Part shown: positions 8,571 through 18,165 of the stretch, in pieces
How positions within the stretch are numbered: position 1 is the first letter of the stretch
Layout: the number at the start of each line of letters is the position of its first letter
Assembly: GCA_965234725.1 (NCBI GenBank)
Contig: CBDDUX010000089.1
Span: 1 to 19,538, forward strand
DNA from: Thermoplasmatota archaeon
GTDB taxonomy: Archaea > Thermoplasmatota > Penumbrarchaeia > Penumbrarchaeales > Penumbrarchaeaceae
Direction of reading: 5' to 3'
Length of the DNA: 19,538 nucleotides
Program-made: the position numbers and the translations under genes
The notes under the pieces: model-generated
The model's input: the letters and a program-made list of their open reading frames with translations, nothing else
Told to the model about the DNA's origin: nothing
Database searches by the model: none

Positions 8571-9631
8571 ATGGACAGCTCCTTGAAGCCACCGAACTCA
8601 TCGGCCATTTGCTGGTAGACACCCTCTCCGACAAGGAACCGGTATATCTCGTTCGTTTTCTCGATAGGATCCATACCCTCGAACTCATCCGGAAAAAGGA
8701 TGGACCCGATATAGTAGGCATCGCCGAGGACCGTTCCGTAATTTGTCGTATACCAGTTGTATGGAAGGACCCCGTAGATCCTTTCGTTCTCAACTGCATC
8801 CACCGTATCAAATGTCCCATCCGAAAGCTCGGTTTCAGCAATGGATAGACCTCCTTCGTCTATGAAGATCACTTCCGGGTCCCAGTCAAGGATCTTCTCC
8901 TTGTCAACGAAAGCATGTTCAATTCCCAGCGAGGATGCGACATTGTTCCCATTAACGAATTCCAAAGGAGAGTATGCGGGTTCAGTGGACAGCATTCCAT
9001 GGGACCCACGATAACCCACACCGCCGACATAGGCAGAGGTCCTGTTCGTCGGTCCGGTTGTAAGATCATCAAGCTCCTTGATCCTGTCTTCGAAGAATAT
9101 CTGGATATCTTCGGCTCTCCTTGGGTTCCCCATTACGGTCCCGATCAGATCCAATGCACCGAAGAAGTCTTCCAAGTTATTGTTGAGGTCCCCGTATTCC
9201 AGGGCGATCACCGGGATCTGTGTCTTTGACTCCAGATCGTCCGCCTTTGAGATATCCGTTGAGGTCCAGAATATCACATCAGGTTGAGCAGCAACAAGAA
9301 GCTCGGCATCACCGCCGTGGATCGGACCTATCGATGGAAGGTCCAATAGTTCTGGGTTAGCGAAGAGATATGGTTTGGCATTTCCACCCGCTCCATCTTG
9401 CTTCTCATTGTCCTCTATACCAACTACCTTTTCGGTATGCTGCATATAGACCAGTAGTCTGAGTGCACCGGCCTCGATGCCTACTATCCTGTCAACGGTC
9501 TCGGGGATCTCCACTTCCCTTCCCAGCATATCCGTGATCCTTACGGTTCCTTTGGCATCTTCTTCCAGACATCCACAGGATATAATCAAAGATGAGGAAA
9601 TCAACAAAATGATCAGGAGCCATACCTTCAT
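8567..9631 (-). CDS. TroA/BtuF-like metal-chelate substrate-binding lipoprotein
   Basis: MKVWLLII...ISCGCLEE lipobox, ITDMLGREVEIP, AAQPDVIF, WDPEVIFID, AVENERIY. The ORF-track start at 9703 overlaps fmdE, so 9631 is preferred. Confidence 0.92.
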   Translation of the reverse strand: MKVWLLIILLISSSLIISCGCLEEDAKGTVRITDMLGREVEIPETVDRIVGIEAGALRLLVYMQHTEKVVGIEDNEKQDGAGGNAKPYLFANPELLDLPSIGPIHGGDAELLVAAQPDVIFWTSTDISKADDLESKTQIPVIALEYGDLNNNLEDFFGALDLIGTVMGNPRRAEDIQIFFEDRIKELDDLTTGPTNRTSAYVGGVGYRGSHGMLSTEPAYSPLEFVNGNNVASSLGIEHAFVDKEKILDWDPEVIFIDEGGLSIAETELSDGTFDTVDAVENERIYGVLPYNWYTTNYGTVLGDAYYIGSILFPDEFEGMDPIEKTNEIYRFLVGEGVYQQMADEFGGFKELSI

Positions 9632-9635
9632 CCTC

Positions 9636-10283
9636 TCAACTCCTTTTCCGAGAGCATGGAAGGCAATATCTTTCCTTATTGATCTCAACGGCCCTATGTG
9701 CACCCACCTTTTCCCCGCAGTCAGGACATACGAACGATTCGAATATCCTGGCCTTTTCCGGGATCTCCTCCTTCACCTCCCTGATGGTGAAAAGGTCCTC
9801 CCCCATTTCCAGCACCATTGCAGCCCTTTTCAACCATTTGATCTGGAAATCATTCTTTTCATCAGGTGTAGCCTCGCCGGACCTTACTTTCGAGAAAAGT
9901 GACATAGCCTCCGGATCGTCTTCGTTTTGAGGGATGCCTTGAAATGAATATCTCCATCCTCTCCCTGACATCCTGTCAAAAAAGGTGTAAACTGACTTCC
10001 CATGGTCAAGAAAGATAAGATTACCCTTCCCGAAAGTGCATCCAAGAAGTGATTGGATCCCGTCCGCACCGCATGCATCATTCTCTACTACGGCGACTAG
10101 TTCCTCATCAGGAGACCTCTCTCTTCCATTCAGAAATGAAATAGAAGCGGACACTCCCATTGCAAGACCCGGACATATGTGTCCATGGAATCGAGCTGCC
10201 CGGGATAGAGCCTTAAGAAGGGGGCCAGATATACCGATCTGTTCTATCTGGATCAACTGATCTTCCAGTCCATTTGCTGACAT
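9636..10283 (-). CDS. fmdE: FmdE/FwdE-family protein with C-terminal zinc finger
   Basis: RFHGHICPGLAMG, VENDACGADGIQ, GCTFGKGNL and CPDCGE...CLPC. Start at ATG 10283, downstream of the promoter. Confidence 0.88.
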   Translation of the reverse strand: MSANGLEDQLIQIEQIGISGPLLKALSRAARFHGHICPGLAMGVSASISFLNGRERSPDEELVAVVENDACGADGIQSLLGCTFGKGNLIFLDHGKSVYTFFDRMSGRGWRYSFQGIPQNEDDPEAMSLFSKVRSGEATPDEKNDFQIKWLKRAAMVLEMGEDLFTIREVKEEIPEKARIFESFVCPDCGEKVGAHRAVEINKERYCLPCSRKRS

Positions 10284-10293
10284 GATCGACCCT

Positions 10294-10347
10294 CGTGCTA
10301 CTTTTTCCAAAAAAGTAGCACGGCCGGAATGTTCAGTTGATATATAT
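10294..10347 (-). promoter_or_regulatory. TATA box plus perfect 13-bp palindrome, NikR-like operator
   Basis: CGTGCTACTTTTT-CCA-AAAAAGTAGCACG (10294-10322) contains GTGCTA-N15-TAGCAC. ATATATAT lies at about 10340-10347. Confidence 0.7.
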
Positions 10348-10362
10348 CGGTTTTGAATCCCA

Positions 10363-12669
10363 TCAACCTGTAGTCCTTTCTCTGATAGTGGTCTCGATAT
10401 CCAGTTTCTTCGTATACCGGATCGGGAATATGGAGGACCCGAAAATGAATAAGAACCCAAAGGTGAAAGTCATGATCATTGCACTAATCGCAAATACCAC
10501 CGGGAAATAATACAGGATATCCTCCATTACAACTGCGAACAGTCTTCCAAACAGATATGCGAATGGCAAGCCCAGCAAAGCCGAAAAGAACCCGATGATC
10601 CCTATTTCTATGAGCATGGACCCTATGACCTTGCTCCTCGGAATTCCCAATGTCTCAAGGGTGGCGAATTCAATATCACGCTCCATTGTGGAGATAATTA
10701 TGGCCGATGCAGCAACAACCATTGCTATTATGAGGCAGATAACGAAGAAGAAGTATAGCATCCCCATGGCCGAACCGAATGTGTCATCCATGGCTTTGAT
10801 GATATCATCCTGTTTGGTGACCTTGGATACACCCTGGATCCCTTCCAGCTCGACCGCGATCCTATTGATATCTTCCTTGTTATTTAGTTTTATGAACGCT
10901 CCCTGTGCCAGGCTCTCATCTGCCAAGGGTGAAGCGGTATTTCGGTCCAGATATACAGCCTGCATCAGTATGTCATATACGATCCCGCCAATAGTGGTCT
11001 CCAATTCATTGGCCCCAACCATGATAGTTATCCTATCGCCTTTTGATACCCCAAGTTTGCTTGCGAGCTTGTTGGTGATGACGGATGATGATAGGTCCAT
11101 TTTTCCGGATTCAATTTGAAAATCCCTTGTTTCCAGAATCCTGTCTGATGCTACAACGTAGGTGTTTTCAGTATTCCCTCCTCCGGAGATCTGCCCCGCA
11201 AGGTATGCGAAAGGGATAACATATTCAGCTTCTTCAATCTCCAACATATTCGTAACATTATTTATGGGAAGAGGGTTGGTGAGATCGACCCTGAGGTCCC
11301 AGGTATCCTGGTTCACCTGGTCCTGCATATAACCCCAGGCCGAATCTGTCACCACGATCCATGATCCGGATATACCAATTGACATCCCAATAACGAAGAT
11401 GGTGATCGCGGTCCTTACCGGATTCCTGAAGGTGTTCCTTATCCCCATCAATCTTGTTTTTGAGATTCCCGAAAACGCCCTTCCAACCGTTAGTATCCTG
11501 GTCTTTGGTTTATGGTCCAGCGCCTCTCTGACAGATTGTCTTGTAATGACAAAGATCGGTATGCCGACAGAGATCAAAACGCTCCCGAAAGAGAAAACAA
11601 GCCCTGAGATAAATGGTATCGGAGCCAGGGGATAGGCAACTCTGATGTCACCGATCATGGTCATCGTATAGGACATGATCCCCATGGTGAACAGGAAGCT
11701 CAAAAAGATCCCCACAATTGACCCTATTGCTGCAAGGATCACACCGAAGCTGAGATATGCCCAGGTGATCTTCAACCTCGAATATCCAAGGGACATCATG
11801 ACCCCGATATACCTGGAATCGTTCATGACGATACGGTAGAATGTCATGAATATCGATATCATGCCTACCACCATGAAGATCACGGAGAAAAGGGGAAACA
11901 TGTTCCTCATCTTTGCCGCACCTATATTCATGAATACAACGCTTGGATGGTCCTCCTGAAATATTATCTCCGATACAGGAAGTGAACCCAGGGACCCAAC
12001 AACAGTATCTCTCATTCCCTTTTCAACTTTCAAAGGGATGTCATTCACTCCCAGTCCTGTGATGTCCTGTAATTCTCCCAGATCCATGTAAAGGACAACA
12101 AAATGTCCAGGCAAAGGCAGGGATGAATCCTGGACAGGAGATGCGAAGATATATTCCGCGGTTTGTACGGTTCCGGTGATCTTCACTTCGATATCGGTTC
12201 CGGTTGTGGTGAATGATGCCGATCCGTCATTCTTCGCACCGATATCCTCCATGCCGGCTACAACAACTCCCTCTCCCCTTTCAGTGAATAGATCGCCGTC
12301 CTTCAATAGAAGTTTGTTGATATCCTTCCTGGCAGGGTCCTCGATACCGATGATGACAGAGGGATAGTCCTTTCCATTGTAATGGTAGGTCCCGTCAAGC
12401 TTCAATCTGAGCAAATATGATGAGACACCGTCGATGCTGGAGATCGCTTGATCCGCATCCGTCATATTGACCGGTTCGGAAAGTGTCAGGAAGATATCGG
12501 GAAAATTTGTCTCCTTGATGTATGTATCCATGGAATGATCAAATATCAAGGCGGAATAGAGACCTGTAACGAACATTGCCATTGAGAGTGAGACCACCAT
12601 GGATATGGCAAGGACCCTCCACTTCATCCTGAAGAGTTTTCTTACCACGCTCTTTGTAATAGGTTTCAA
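10363..12669 (-). CDS. FtsX/MacB-family ABC permease with duplicated architecture
   Basis: Two repeats of TM, extracellular domain and FtsX TM block (RYIGVMMSLGYS; ERDIEFATLETLGI). TTG start with AGGTGGTGA RBS. Confidence 0.92.
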   Translation of the reverse strand: MKPITKSVVRKLFRMKWRVLAISMVVSLSMAMFVTGLYSALIFDHSMDTYIKETNFPDIFLTLSEPVNMTDADQAISSIDGVSSYLLRLKLDGTYHYNGKDYPSVIIGIEDPARKDINKLLLKDGDLFTERGEGVVVAGMEDIGAKNDGSASFTTTGTDIEVKITGTVQTAEYIFASPVQDSSLPLPGHFVVLYMDLGELQDITGLGVNDIPLKVEKGMRDTVVGSLGSLPVSEIIFQEDHPSVVFMNIGAAKMRNMFPLFSVIFMVVGMISIFMTFYRIVMNDSRYIGVMMSLGYSRLKITWAYLSFGVILAAIGSIVGIFLSFLFTMGIMSYTMTMIGDIRVAYPLAPIPFISGLVFSFGSVLISVGIPIFVITRQSVREALDHKPKTRILTVGRAFSGISKTRLMGIRNTFRNPVRTAITIFVIGMSIGISGSWIVVTDSAWGYMQDQVNQDTWDLRVDLTNPLPINNVTNMLEIEEAEYVIPFAYLAGQISGGGNTENTYVVASDRILETRDFQIESGKMDLSSSVITNKLASKLGVSKGDRITIMVGANELETTIGGIVYDILMQAVYLDRNTASPLADESLAQGAFIKLNNKEDINRIAVELEGIQGVSKVTKQDDIIKAMDDTFGSAMGMLYFFFVICLIIAMVVAASAIIISTMERDIEFATLETLGIPRSKVIGSMLIEIGIIGFFSALLGLPFAYLFGRLFAVVMEDILYYFPVVFAISAMIMTFTFGFLFIFGSSIFPIRYTKKLDIETTIRERTTG

Positions 12670-12680
12670 GATCTCACCAC

Positions 12681-13358
12681 CTATGAACCCTCATTTAGCT
12701 TTCCGTGTCTAAGGACAAGTGTTCGGTCCATGTACTTCTTCAATCTTGTATTGTGAGAAACGATAAGGAAGGTCATACCAAGCTGGTTCTGAAGTTCCTT
12801 CATGATTTTCATGATGGATTCCTCCCTATCCTCATCAAGATTTCCAGTAGGTTCGTCCGCAAGGATCAGAACGGGTTCTTTGGCCAGTGCTCTGGCAATT
12901 GCGACCCTCTGCTGTTCCCCGCCTGACATTTCCTGAGGGTAGTTCCGGGCCTTATCGGCTAGTCCCACCATATCAAGATATTTCAAGGCCCTTTTCCTCA
13001 TCTCTTTCCTTGAAGTGGATAGGTTCTCGAGTCCAAGTTCAACGTTCTCAATTGCAGTAAGTGTTGGTATAAGATTGTAGAATTGGAAGATGAAACCGAC
13101 ACGTTCCCTTCTGAACTTGTTGAGGTCCTTCTTTCCAAGTTTGGGAAGTTCCAGACCATCCACCATAAGGATCCCTGAATCGGGGCCATCTATCCCACCG
13201 AGGAGGTTGAGCAGAGTTGTCTTTCCACTTCCGGAAGGCCCCATGACCATGATCATCTCCCCCTTCTTTAAATTGAGGTCAGTTCCTTTGAGGACGTTGG
13301 TGGTCTCACCACCAGTAACGTAGCTCTTGTTCAGGTTCCTGATGTCCACGAGTGTCAT
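12681..13358 (-). CDS. LolD/MacB-type ABC ATP-binding protein
   Basis: [46 protein letters not shown]. Confidence 0.95.
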   Translation of the reverse strand: MTLVDIRNLNKSYVTGGETTNVLKGTDLNLKKGEMIMVMGPSGSGKTTLLNLLGGIDGPDSGILMVDGLELPKLGKKDLNKFRRERVGFIFQFYNLIPTLTAIENVELGLENLSTSRKEMRKRALKYLDMVGLADKARNYPQEMSGGEQQRVAIARALAKEPVLILADEPTGNLDEDREESIMKIMKELQNQLGMTFLIVSHNTRLKKYMDRTLVLRHGKLNEGS

Positions 13359-13426
13359 TGTATCACTTCTCAATAAGGTCTATACAGTATGTAGTAAATA
13401 TCACTCCTGCCGTACATGCGGGGTTC

Positions 13427-13439
13427 TTTATATAATTCG
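13427..13439. promoter_or_regulatory. TATA box in divergent intergenic region
   Basis: TTTATATAA is usable on both strands, with CGAA (BRE-like) upstream on the minus strand. It lies about 21-29 nt before ATG 13456. Confidence 0.55.
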
Positions 13440-13455
13440 AAAATAATTCGTTATC

Positions 13456-14109
13456 ATGAGGAAGGCAATTATCCAGCTGAAACCGAACATACTGGTCAGA
13501 CAGATGCAGAAAGGGATCTACGATTCTGTTCTGAGGATCGAAGGACGAGAACTCCTGAAACTGGATTTCGAAAGGACCACCAAAATGGTAATTACAGACC
13601 TGATATTGAAACCAGGTCATGATCTGGATGATGTGAAATTCCCAAGAGGTGTCGAGATCCTGAATGTGTTGAAGGTAGATGGAGATAGATACACCGTATT
13701 AATGAGTGCAAAGGCTCCAGGAAAGAAATTCAGCGGATTATTCAAGATGTTCGATCTCAATGTGATCTATGATGTCCCTTTCAGTGCAACCTCCGATATG
13801 ATAATCTTCAGCGCAATAGGTGAAAATGAACCATTGAACAAATTGATCAAGCTGCTGAAAATTTTAGGTGAAGTGGAGAAGCTAAGTTTCACCCAGGCTA
13901 CTTTTTCAGAACATGATATCCTGAAGATATTGACTGACAAACAACGAGACATTCTTTTAGAGGCGAAGAAGAGAGGTTATTACGAATATCCGAGAAGGAT
14001 CAATACACAGGAGCTTTCGGAAAGATTGGGAATAAGCAAAGCAACCACGGTAGAACACTTGAGAAAAGCGGAGATCAGATTGATGAGCAATTTGCTCGTA
14101 GGATATTAA
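13456..14109 (+). CDS. Bat-type HTH_10 transcriptional regulator
   Basis: C-terminal LTDKQRDILLEAKKRGYYEYPRRINTQELSERLGISKATTVEHLRKAE. Confidence 0.93.
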   Translation: MRKAIIQLKPNILVRQMQKGIYDSVLRIEGRELLKLDFERTTKMVITDLILKPGHDLDDVKFPRGVEILNVLKVDGDRYTVLMSAKAPGKKFSGLFKMFDLNVIYDVPFSATSDMIIFSAIGENEPLNKLIKLLKILGEVEKLSFTQATFSEHDILKILTDKQRDILLEAKKRGYYEYPRRINTQELSERLGISKATTVEHLRKAEIRLMSNLLVGY

Positions 14110-14111
14110 CA

Positions 14112-17100
14112 TCAAGCCAGTGGGAATTTTATAAGGAATTTCGTTCCCTTTCCATAATCTCCATCCACCCTGTTCCTGACATCTATCTCTCCTCCGTATC
14201 TATCGGTCAATACTTTTACCAGTGAAAGACCGATACCAGTCTTGGACCCTCTTCCACGTGGGGTGAACCTTCCAAATAGCCTTTCCTTTTCAGGGTCCTT
14301 GATCCCGAATCCATGGTCAGATACTATCACCGTGACCTCGTTCTTGTTCTTTTTGATGCCAATTTCCATCTTCGGGACCTTCCCTTCTTGGAATTTAATA
14401 CCATTATGCATCAGATTGAGAAAAAGCTCCTCGACAATGGGTTCTGCCATGATCTCCAATTTACCCTTTCCCAGGTCCTCTTTTAGATCGACATCCTTCC
14501 CTGGAAACATCAATCTGACATGTTCAATGGATGATCGGATGATCTTTCGCAGGTCCAATCTCTCAAGTTCAGGTTCTTTAGCGCCAAGCCTTGATAGCAG
14601 AAGAACGTTCTTGACCAGTTTAACGGATCTCTTGATCAGTTCCTCTGTGGAATCAAGTCCCATTTCCTTGACCTTGGGGTCTGATGCTCTTCTTGCCAAC
14701 TGGAAACCTGTGTAAATGCCCTGATGCAGGTTTCCGATATCGTGGCCAAGGAGGTCCAAGTAGAATTCGGATCTCTTCCTTTCTTCAAGGATATTCCGCT
14801 CGGATTCCTTTTCTTTTGTGATGTCCCTCATGACCGTGATAACCTTCTCGATCCTCCCATAAATGATAAGAGGTATCTTGATAGTTTGTGTGACAAATTC
14901 AATATCATCGATCCTTATCTCTTCCTGTGTCTGGATCACCTCTTTTTTCTTGAAAACCCTTTGATATTCATCCCTGACTTTATCTGGAAGGTATGGTTGA
15001 AGCGTCATCAGGTTCTTTCCAAGGGGGTCCTCCTTGATCCCGGCTTTCTTCAACAGAACCCTGAAACTGCTATTAACAAATTCAAGCACCATATCCTGAT
15101 TAATAACACTTACCGAATCTGTCAGATTGTTCAATGTCTCAAATAACAGTATTTGCGACCTCAATAGTTCCCGTTGACTTCTCCTCTTATCGGTGACATC
15201 CGTTCCAATGGTCAGAATGGTCTCCACATTTCCTTCTTTGTCTCTTTGGATCGTATTGGCCCATGAAATGTATTTCAGTTCTCCCTTCTTAGTTAATATT
15301 GGATTCTCTTGATTAATATGAAGGTGTTTTCCAATTAGAACATCGTGGAAGACCTCATTTATCGCAGATCTTTCCTCCTCAGGAATGAATAAGTTCATCC
15401 AATTCTTTCCAATTACCTCCTCTCTTCTGTACCCCGTGATCTTCTCAGCATAGGCGTTGAATGTAAGAATACTGCCATCCGGTCCTAACGTTAAAATTAT
15501 TGTGTTGGCAGTCCTTATGAGGTTCTCCAGGAAGTTCTGGGAATTCTGCATTTCAAGCTCCATAAGTTTCCTCGGGGTAATATCCTCGATCAGGGTTGCA
15601 AAATACTCTTTTTTTGGAGAGTAACAAAGGACTGAGTACCATTTTTCCAGGTCAGACGAATAATCCTCGAATCTCTCCTCTATACCCTGAATCGCTACCT
15701 TTCCGTATCTTTTTATCCACGCTACCGGATCAGCCTTAATTCCTGGAATGACCTCAGAAACAAGTTTTCCCACGATCATCTCTGACTTTAGCCCGGTCAT
15801 CAATTCAAATGCATGGTTCACTTCAATGAAACGGTAATCAACCGGAGTTCCATCATCATCTCTGATTATCTTATGTAATGCAAACCCATTCAATATATTC
15901 TCGAAGAGGGTCCTATATTTTTCTTCGTTCTCGGTCAAGGCATTCAGGACATTCTTTTTATCTGAGATATCCTCAATGGTCACAAAGACCTGATACGGGC
16001 TTTTCTCCCCATTCCTGAATTGTGGAATGGCATTGATATTTATCCAGACAATATCATCTTTGATTGGATTGAATACACCCAACTCTATTCCAAGTTGAGG
16101 CTCACCTGTTGATAAAGCCAATACGGAGGGGTGCTTCTCTCCGGATAATTCATTTCCATACTTATCCAATACCTTCCATCTTGGGTCCATGGAGGTTCTG
16201 CCCATAATTTGATCCTCTGTCAATCCGAAGATCTCCAGGGTCCTTTTATTACAGTCTATCAATCTGCCATCCTTTGATTGATAGAAAACACCCTGAACCA
16301 TATTCTCATAAAGGGTCCTGAACTTCTCCTCGTTCTGTTTGATCGAGAGGTTCGCTTCAATATTCTCAGTAACATCTGTAACGATCCCCTCCAAGGCGAT
16401 CGGATTCCCCTCTTTATCCTTGACAATGGTGTTTCTTTGATTCAACCATTTTTCATTACCGTCCTTTGATATTATCTTGTATTCAAAACTATCCAACACC
16501 TCTCCATGAAGAAGACCTATCCAAACATCCAAGAACCATTTGTAAAAGTCCGGATGAATGGCATGTCTCATCAAACTGACATCTTTGTACACCTCATCCT
16601 GGGAATAGCCAACGATATCCTTGATAGAGGGGCTGATGTATTCAAAATATCCATCCGGGATCTTCAGTCTGTAGATTATATCCTTCGCGTTCTCGGCAAG
16701 TCTTCGAAATCTCCCCTCACTCTCTTTGATATCCATTTCCATTTTCTTCCTATCTGTAATATCATTGGAAATTATCTGAACAGCCATGACCTTCCCATCT
16801 TTATCCTTAATTGCATTGAGATAGGATGTGAAGAATCTCTCACCCTCGGAGAATTCCATATTATCCTCAAATCTTAGTGGTTTCTTACTCTTGATCGCTT
16901 TCTTCAATCGATCGAGATATACCTTCCCATTGGCCATTCCAAATAAATCCTGAAATGTCTTCCCCTCAAATTCCTCCGATCTTCCACCCATCCTTTCGGA
17001 TGCGATCTCATTTAACCTGATCAGTTTTCCATCTTCAGACCAGATACCAATTCCTGTTCCAGCCTCTTCCATCAATCCCCGATAAAGCTCCCGGGATTCG

Positions 17101-17513
17101 ATGAGTTCTTCCTCCATGCAATGTTTATTGGAAATATCACTTGCAATGGTCATTACTGCTGGTTCACCAAGATATTCAATAATAACGGACCTGGCCTCTG
17201 TATATATGATCTTTCCATCCGCTCTGATATTCATCTGTTCTATGCTATCCAATTCACCGTTGTCCAATAATTTCTTCCTTCTTCTCTTTGCGAATTTTTC
17301 ATTTTCCGGATGGATAAAATCCAAAACGGATCTACCAACCAGTTCCTTGGGATCATTTATTCCAAGTAGTTCCGCTGCAGCTGGATTGGCCTCCATTATC
17401 TTCATATCCCTATGGATAATGATCGCTTCGGAGGAAACCTTCATTAGGACCTTGAAATTGCTTGGAATCTCTTTTTCTTCAATCCCTTTACGCACTGTTG
17501 GAACCCTTTTCAT
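14112..17513 (-). CDS. Cytoplasmic multi-PAS sensor histidine kinase (about 7 PAS/PAC domains)
   Basis: Seven PAS modules ending in DIT/DVT/DIS, H-box LLGHDIGN, N-box NLMHNGIKF, DHGFGI and GIGLSLV. No TM seen. Start placed at 17513 after GGTG; 17600 is the alternative. Confidence 0.93.
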   Translation of the reverse strand: MKRVPTVRKGIEEKEIPSNFKVLMKVSSEAIIIHRDMKIMEANPAAAELLGINDPKELVGRSVLDFIHPENEKFAKRRRKKLLDNGELDSIEQMNIRADGKIIYTEARSVIIEYLGEPAVMTIASDISNKHCMEEELIESRELYRGLMEEAGTGIGIWSEDGKLIRLNEIASERMGGRSEEFEGKTFQDLFGMANGKVYLDRLKKAIKSKKPLRFEDNMEFSEGERFFTSYLNAIKDKDGKVMAVQIISNDITDRKKMEMDIKESEGRFRRLAENAKDIIYRLKIPDGYFEYISPSIKDIVGYSQDEVYKDVSLMRHAIHPDFYKWFLDVWIGLLHGEVLDSFEYKIISKDGNEKWLNQRNTIVKDKEGNPIALEGIVTDVTENIEANLSIKQNEEKFRTLYENMVQGVFYQSKDGRLIDCNKRTLEIFGLTEDQIMGRTSMDPRWKVLDKYGNELSGEKHPSVLALSTGEPQLGIELGVFNPIKDDIVWININAIPQFRNGEKSPYQVFVTIEDISDKKNVLNALTENEEKYRTLFENILNGFALHKIIRDDDGTPVDYRFIEVNHAFELMTGLKSEMIVGKLVSEVIPGIKADPVAWIKRYGKVAIQGIEERFEDYSSDLEKWYSVLCYSPKKEYFATLIEDITPRKLMELEMQNSQNFLENLIRTANTIILTLGPDGSILTFNAYAEKITGYRREEVIGKNWMNLFIPEEERSAINEVFHDVLIGKHLHINQENPILTKKGELKYISWANTIQRDKEGNVETILTIGTDVTDKRRSQRELLRSQILLFETLNNLTDSVSVINQDMVLEFVNSSFRVLLKKAGIKEDPLGKNLMTLQPYLPDKVRDEYQRVFKKKEVIQTQEEIRIDDIEFVTQTIKIPLIIYGRIEKVITVMRDITKEKESERNILEERKRSEFYLDLLGHDIGNLHQGIYTGFQLARRASDPKVKEMGLDSTEELIKRSVKLVKNVLLLSRLGAKEPELERLDLRKIIRSSIEHVRLMFPGKDVDLKEDLGKGKLEIMAEPIVEELFLNLMHNGIKFQEGKVPKMEIGIKKNKNEVTVIVSDHGFGIKDPEKERLFGRFTPRGRGSKTGIGLSLVKVLTDRYGGEIDVRNRVDGDYGKGTKFLIKFPLA

Positions 17514-17709
17514 CAACACACCATGGATTTTTCCTAATTGGAAGGTTGTCCCATCACCTTGAAAATATCCTTCCCAATTGGTGAGTGTATCTAAGTACAT
17601 TATAAAATTTTGTAAAGGATTTCAAAAATTGAATCTATGAATCTCTTGAATTGCTGTTAGGGAGCCAGTACGAATATTCATTACATTTTGAATTACATTG
17701 ATTATGACA

Positions 17710-18060
17710 TCATTGTGGCGGACCGAACTTGCGATCCAGGATGCTCACAATATTTTCTTTTGTTTGAATACTAGCGGTTGCCTCAACCACCTTTCCATGC
17801 TTGAAATATACAGTGAAAGGCAGTCCTCTGAATGTCGAACATTGCGGTAGTTCCCGAATGAACCTCGCGTCGGGAATATCGAATTCCATATCCCGGAATT
17901 CAACATGAGGATACTTCTTCTCCAGGTCCATCATGATCCCGTAGACCGGGATGCACATCTGACCCATTCTACCACAACAGATCATTACATTCTCATTGTT
18001 TCGAATTACTTCCTTGATATCTTTCTCAGTTTCCAGATGCTTAAGGTTGGTGATCAACAT
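17710..18060 (-). CDS. Thioredoxin-fold protein with atypical CCGRMGQMC motif
   Basis: Trx-like pattern: ENVMICC...CIPVYGIM, VEFRDMEFD, and GLPFTVYFKHGKVV (cis-Pro strand). Confidence 0.82.
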   Translation of the reverse strand: MLITNLKHLETEKDIKEVIRNNENVMICCGRMGQMCIPVYGIMMDLEKKYPHVEFRDMEFDIPDARFIRELPQCSTFRGLPFTVYFKHGKVVEATASIQTKENIVSILDRKFGPPQ

Positions 18061-18148
18061 ATTTTCATACTCCTCGATTTACTTGATCGTTTATGGATCA
18101 TGGATATTAAAAAAGGTCCCTAATAAATTCAGAGACTTCAATGAAAAT

Positions 18149-18165
18149 TGGTGGGCCGACCCGGA
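18149..18165 (-). repeat. att-like site, copy 1 of a tRNA 3'-end-like sequence
   Basis: Minus strand TCCGGGTCGGCCCACCA parses as T-stem 3' half, acceptor 3' strand, discriminator A and CCA. 15 bp (18151-18165) are identical to 19447-19461. Confidence 0.7.

Noticed and set aside
9636..10283. Evidence of methanogenesis from fmdE
   Set aside because: FmdE-family proteins occur widely outside fmd operons, and no catalytic subunits are present here.
10284..10362. Cobalamin riboswitch ahead of the BtuFCD-like transporter
   Set aside because: The intergenic region is too short and lacks B12-box motifs.
10284..10460. N-terminal extension of FmdE in the ORF track
   Set aside because: It overlaps the FtsX gene end and runs through the TATA box and operator; ATG 10283 fits better.
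14112..17513. LOV photoreceptor domain
   Set aside because: No GxNCRFLQ motif occurs in any PAS repeat.
545..17562. Numerous antisense or overlapping ORFs (e.g. 2134-2688, 4496-4861, 6194-6802, 10595-11119, 14242-14715)
   Set aside because: They are shadow frames of well-supported genes and carry no family motifs.
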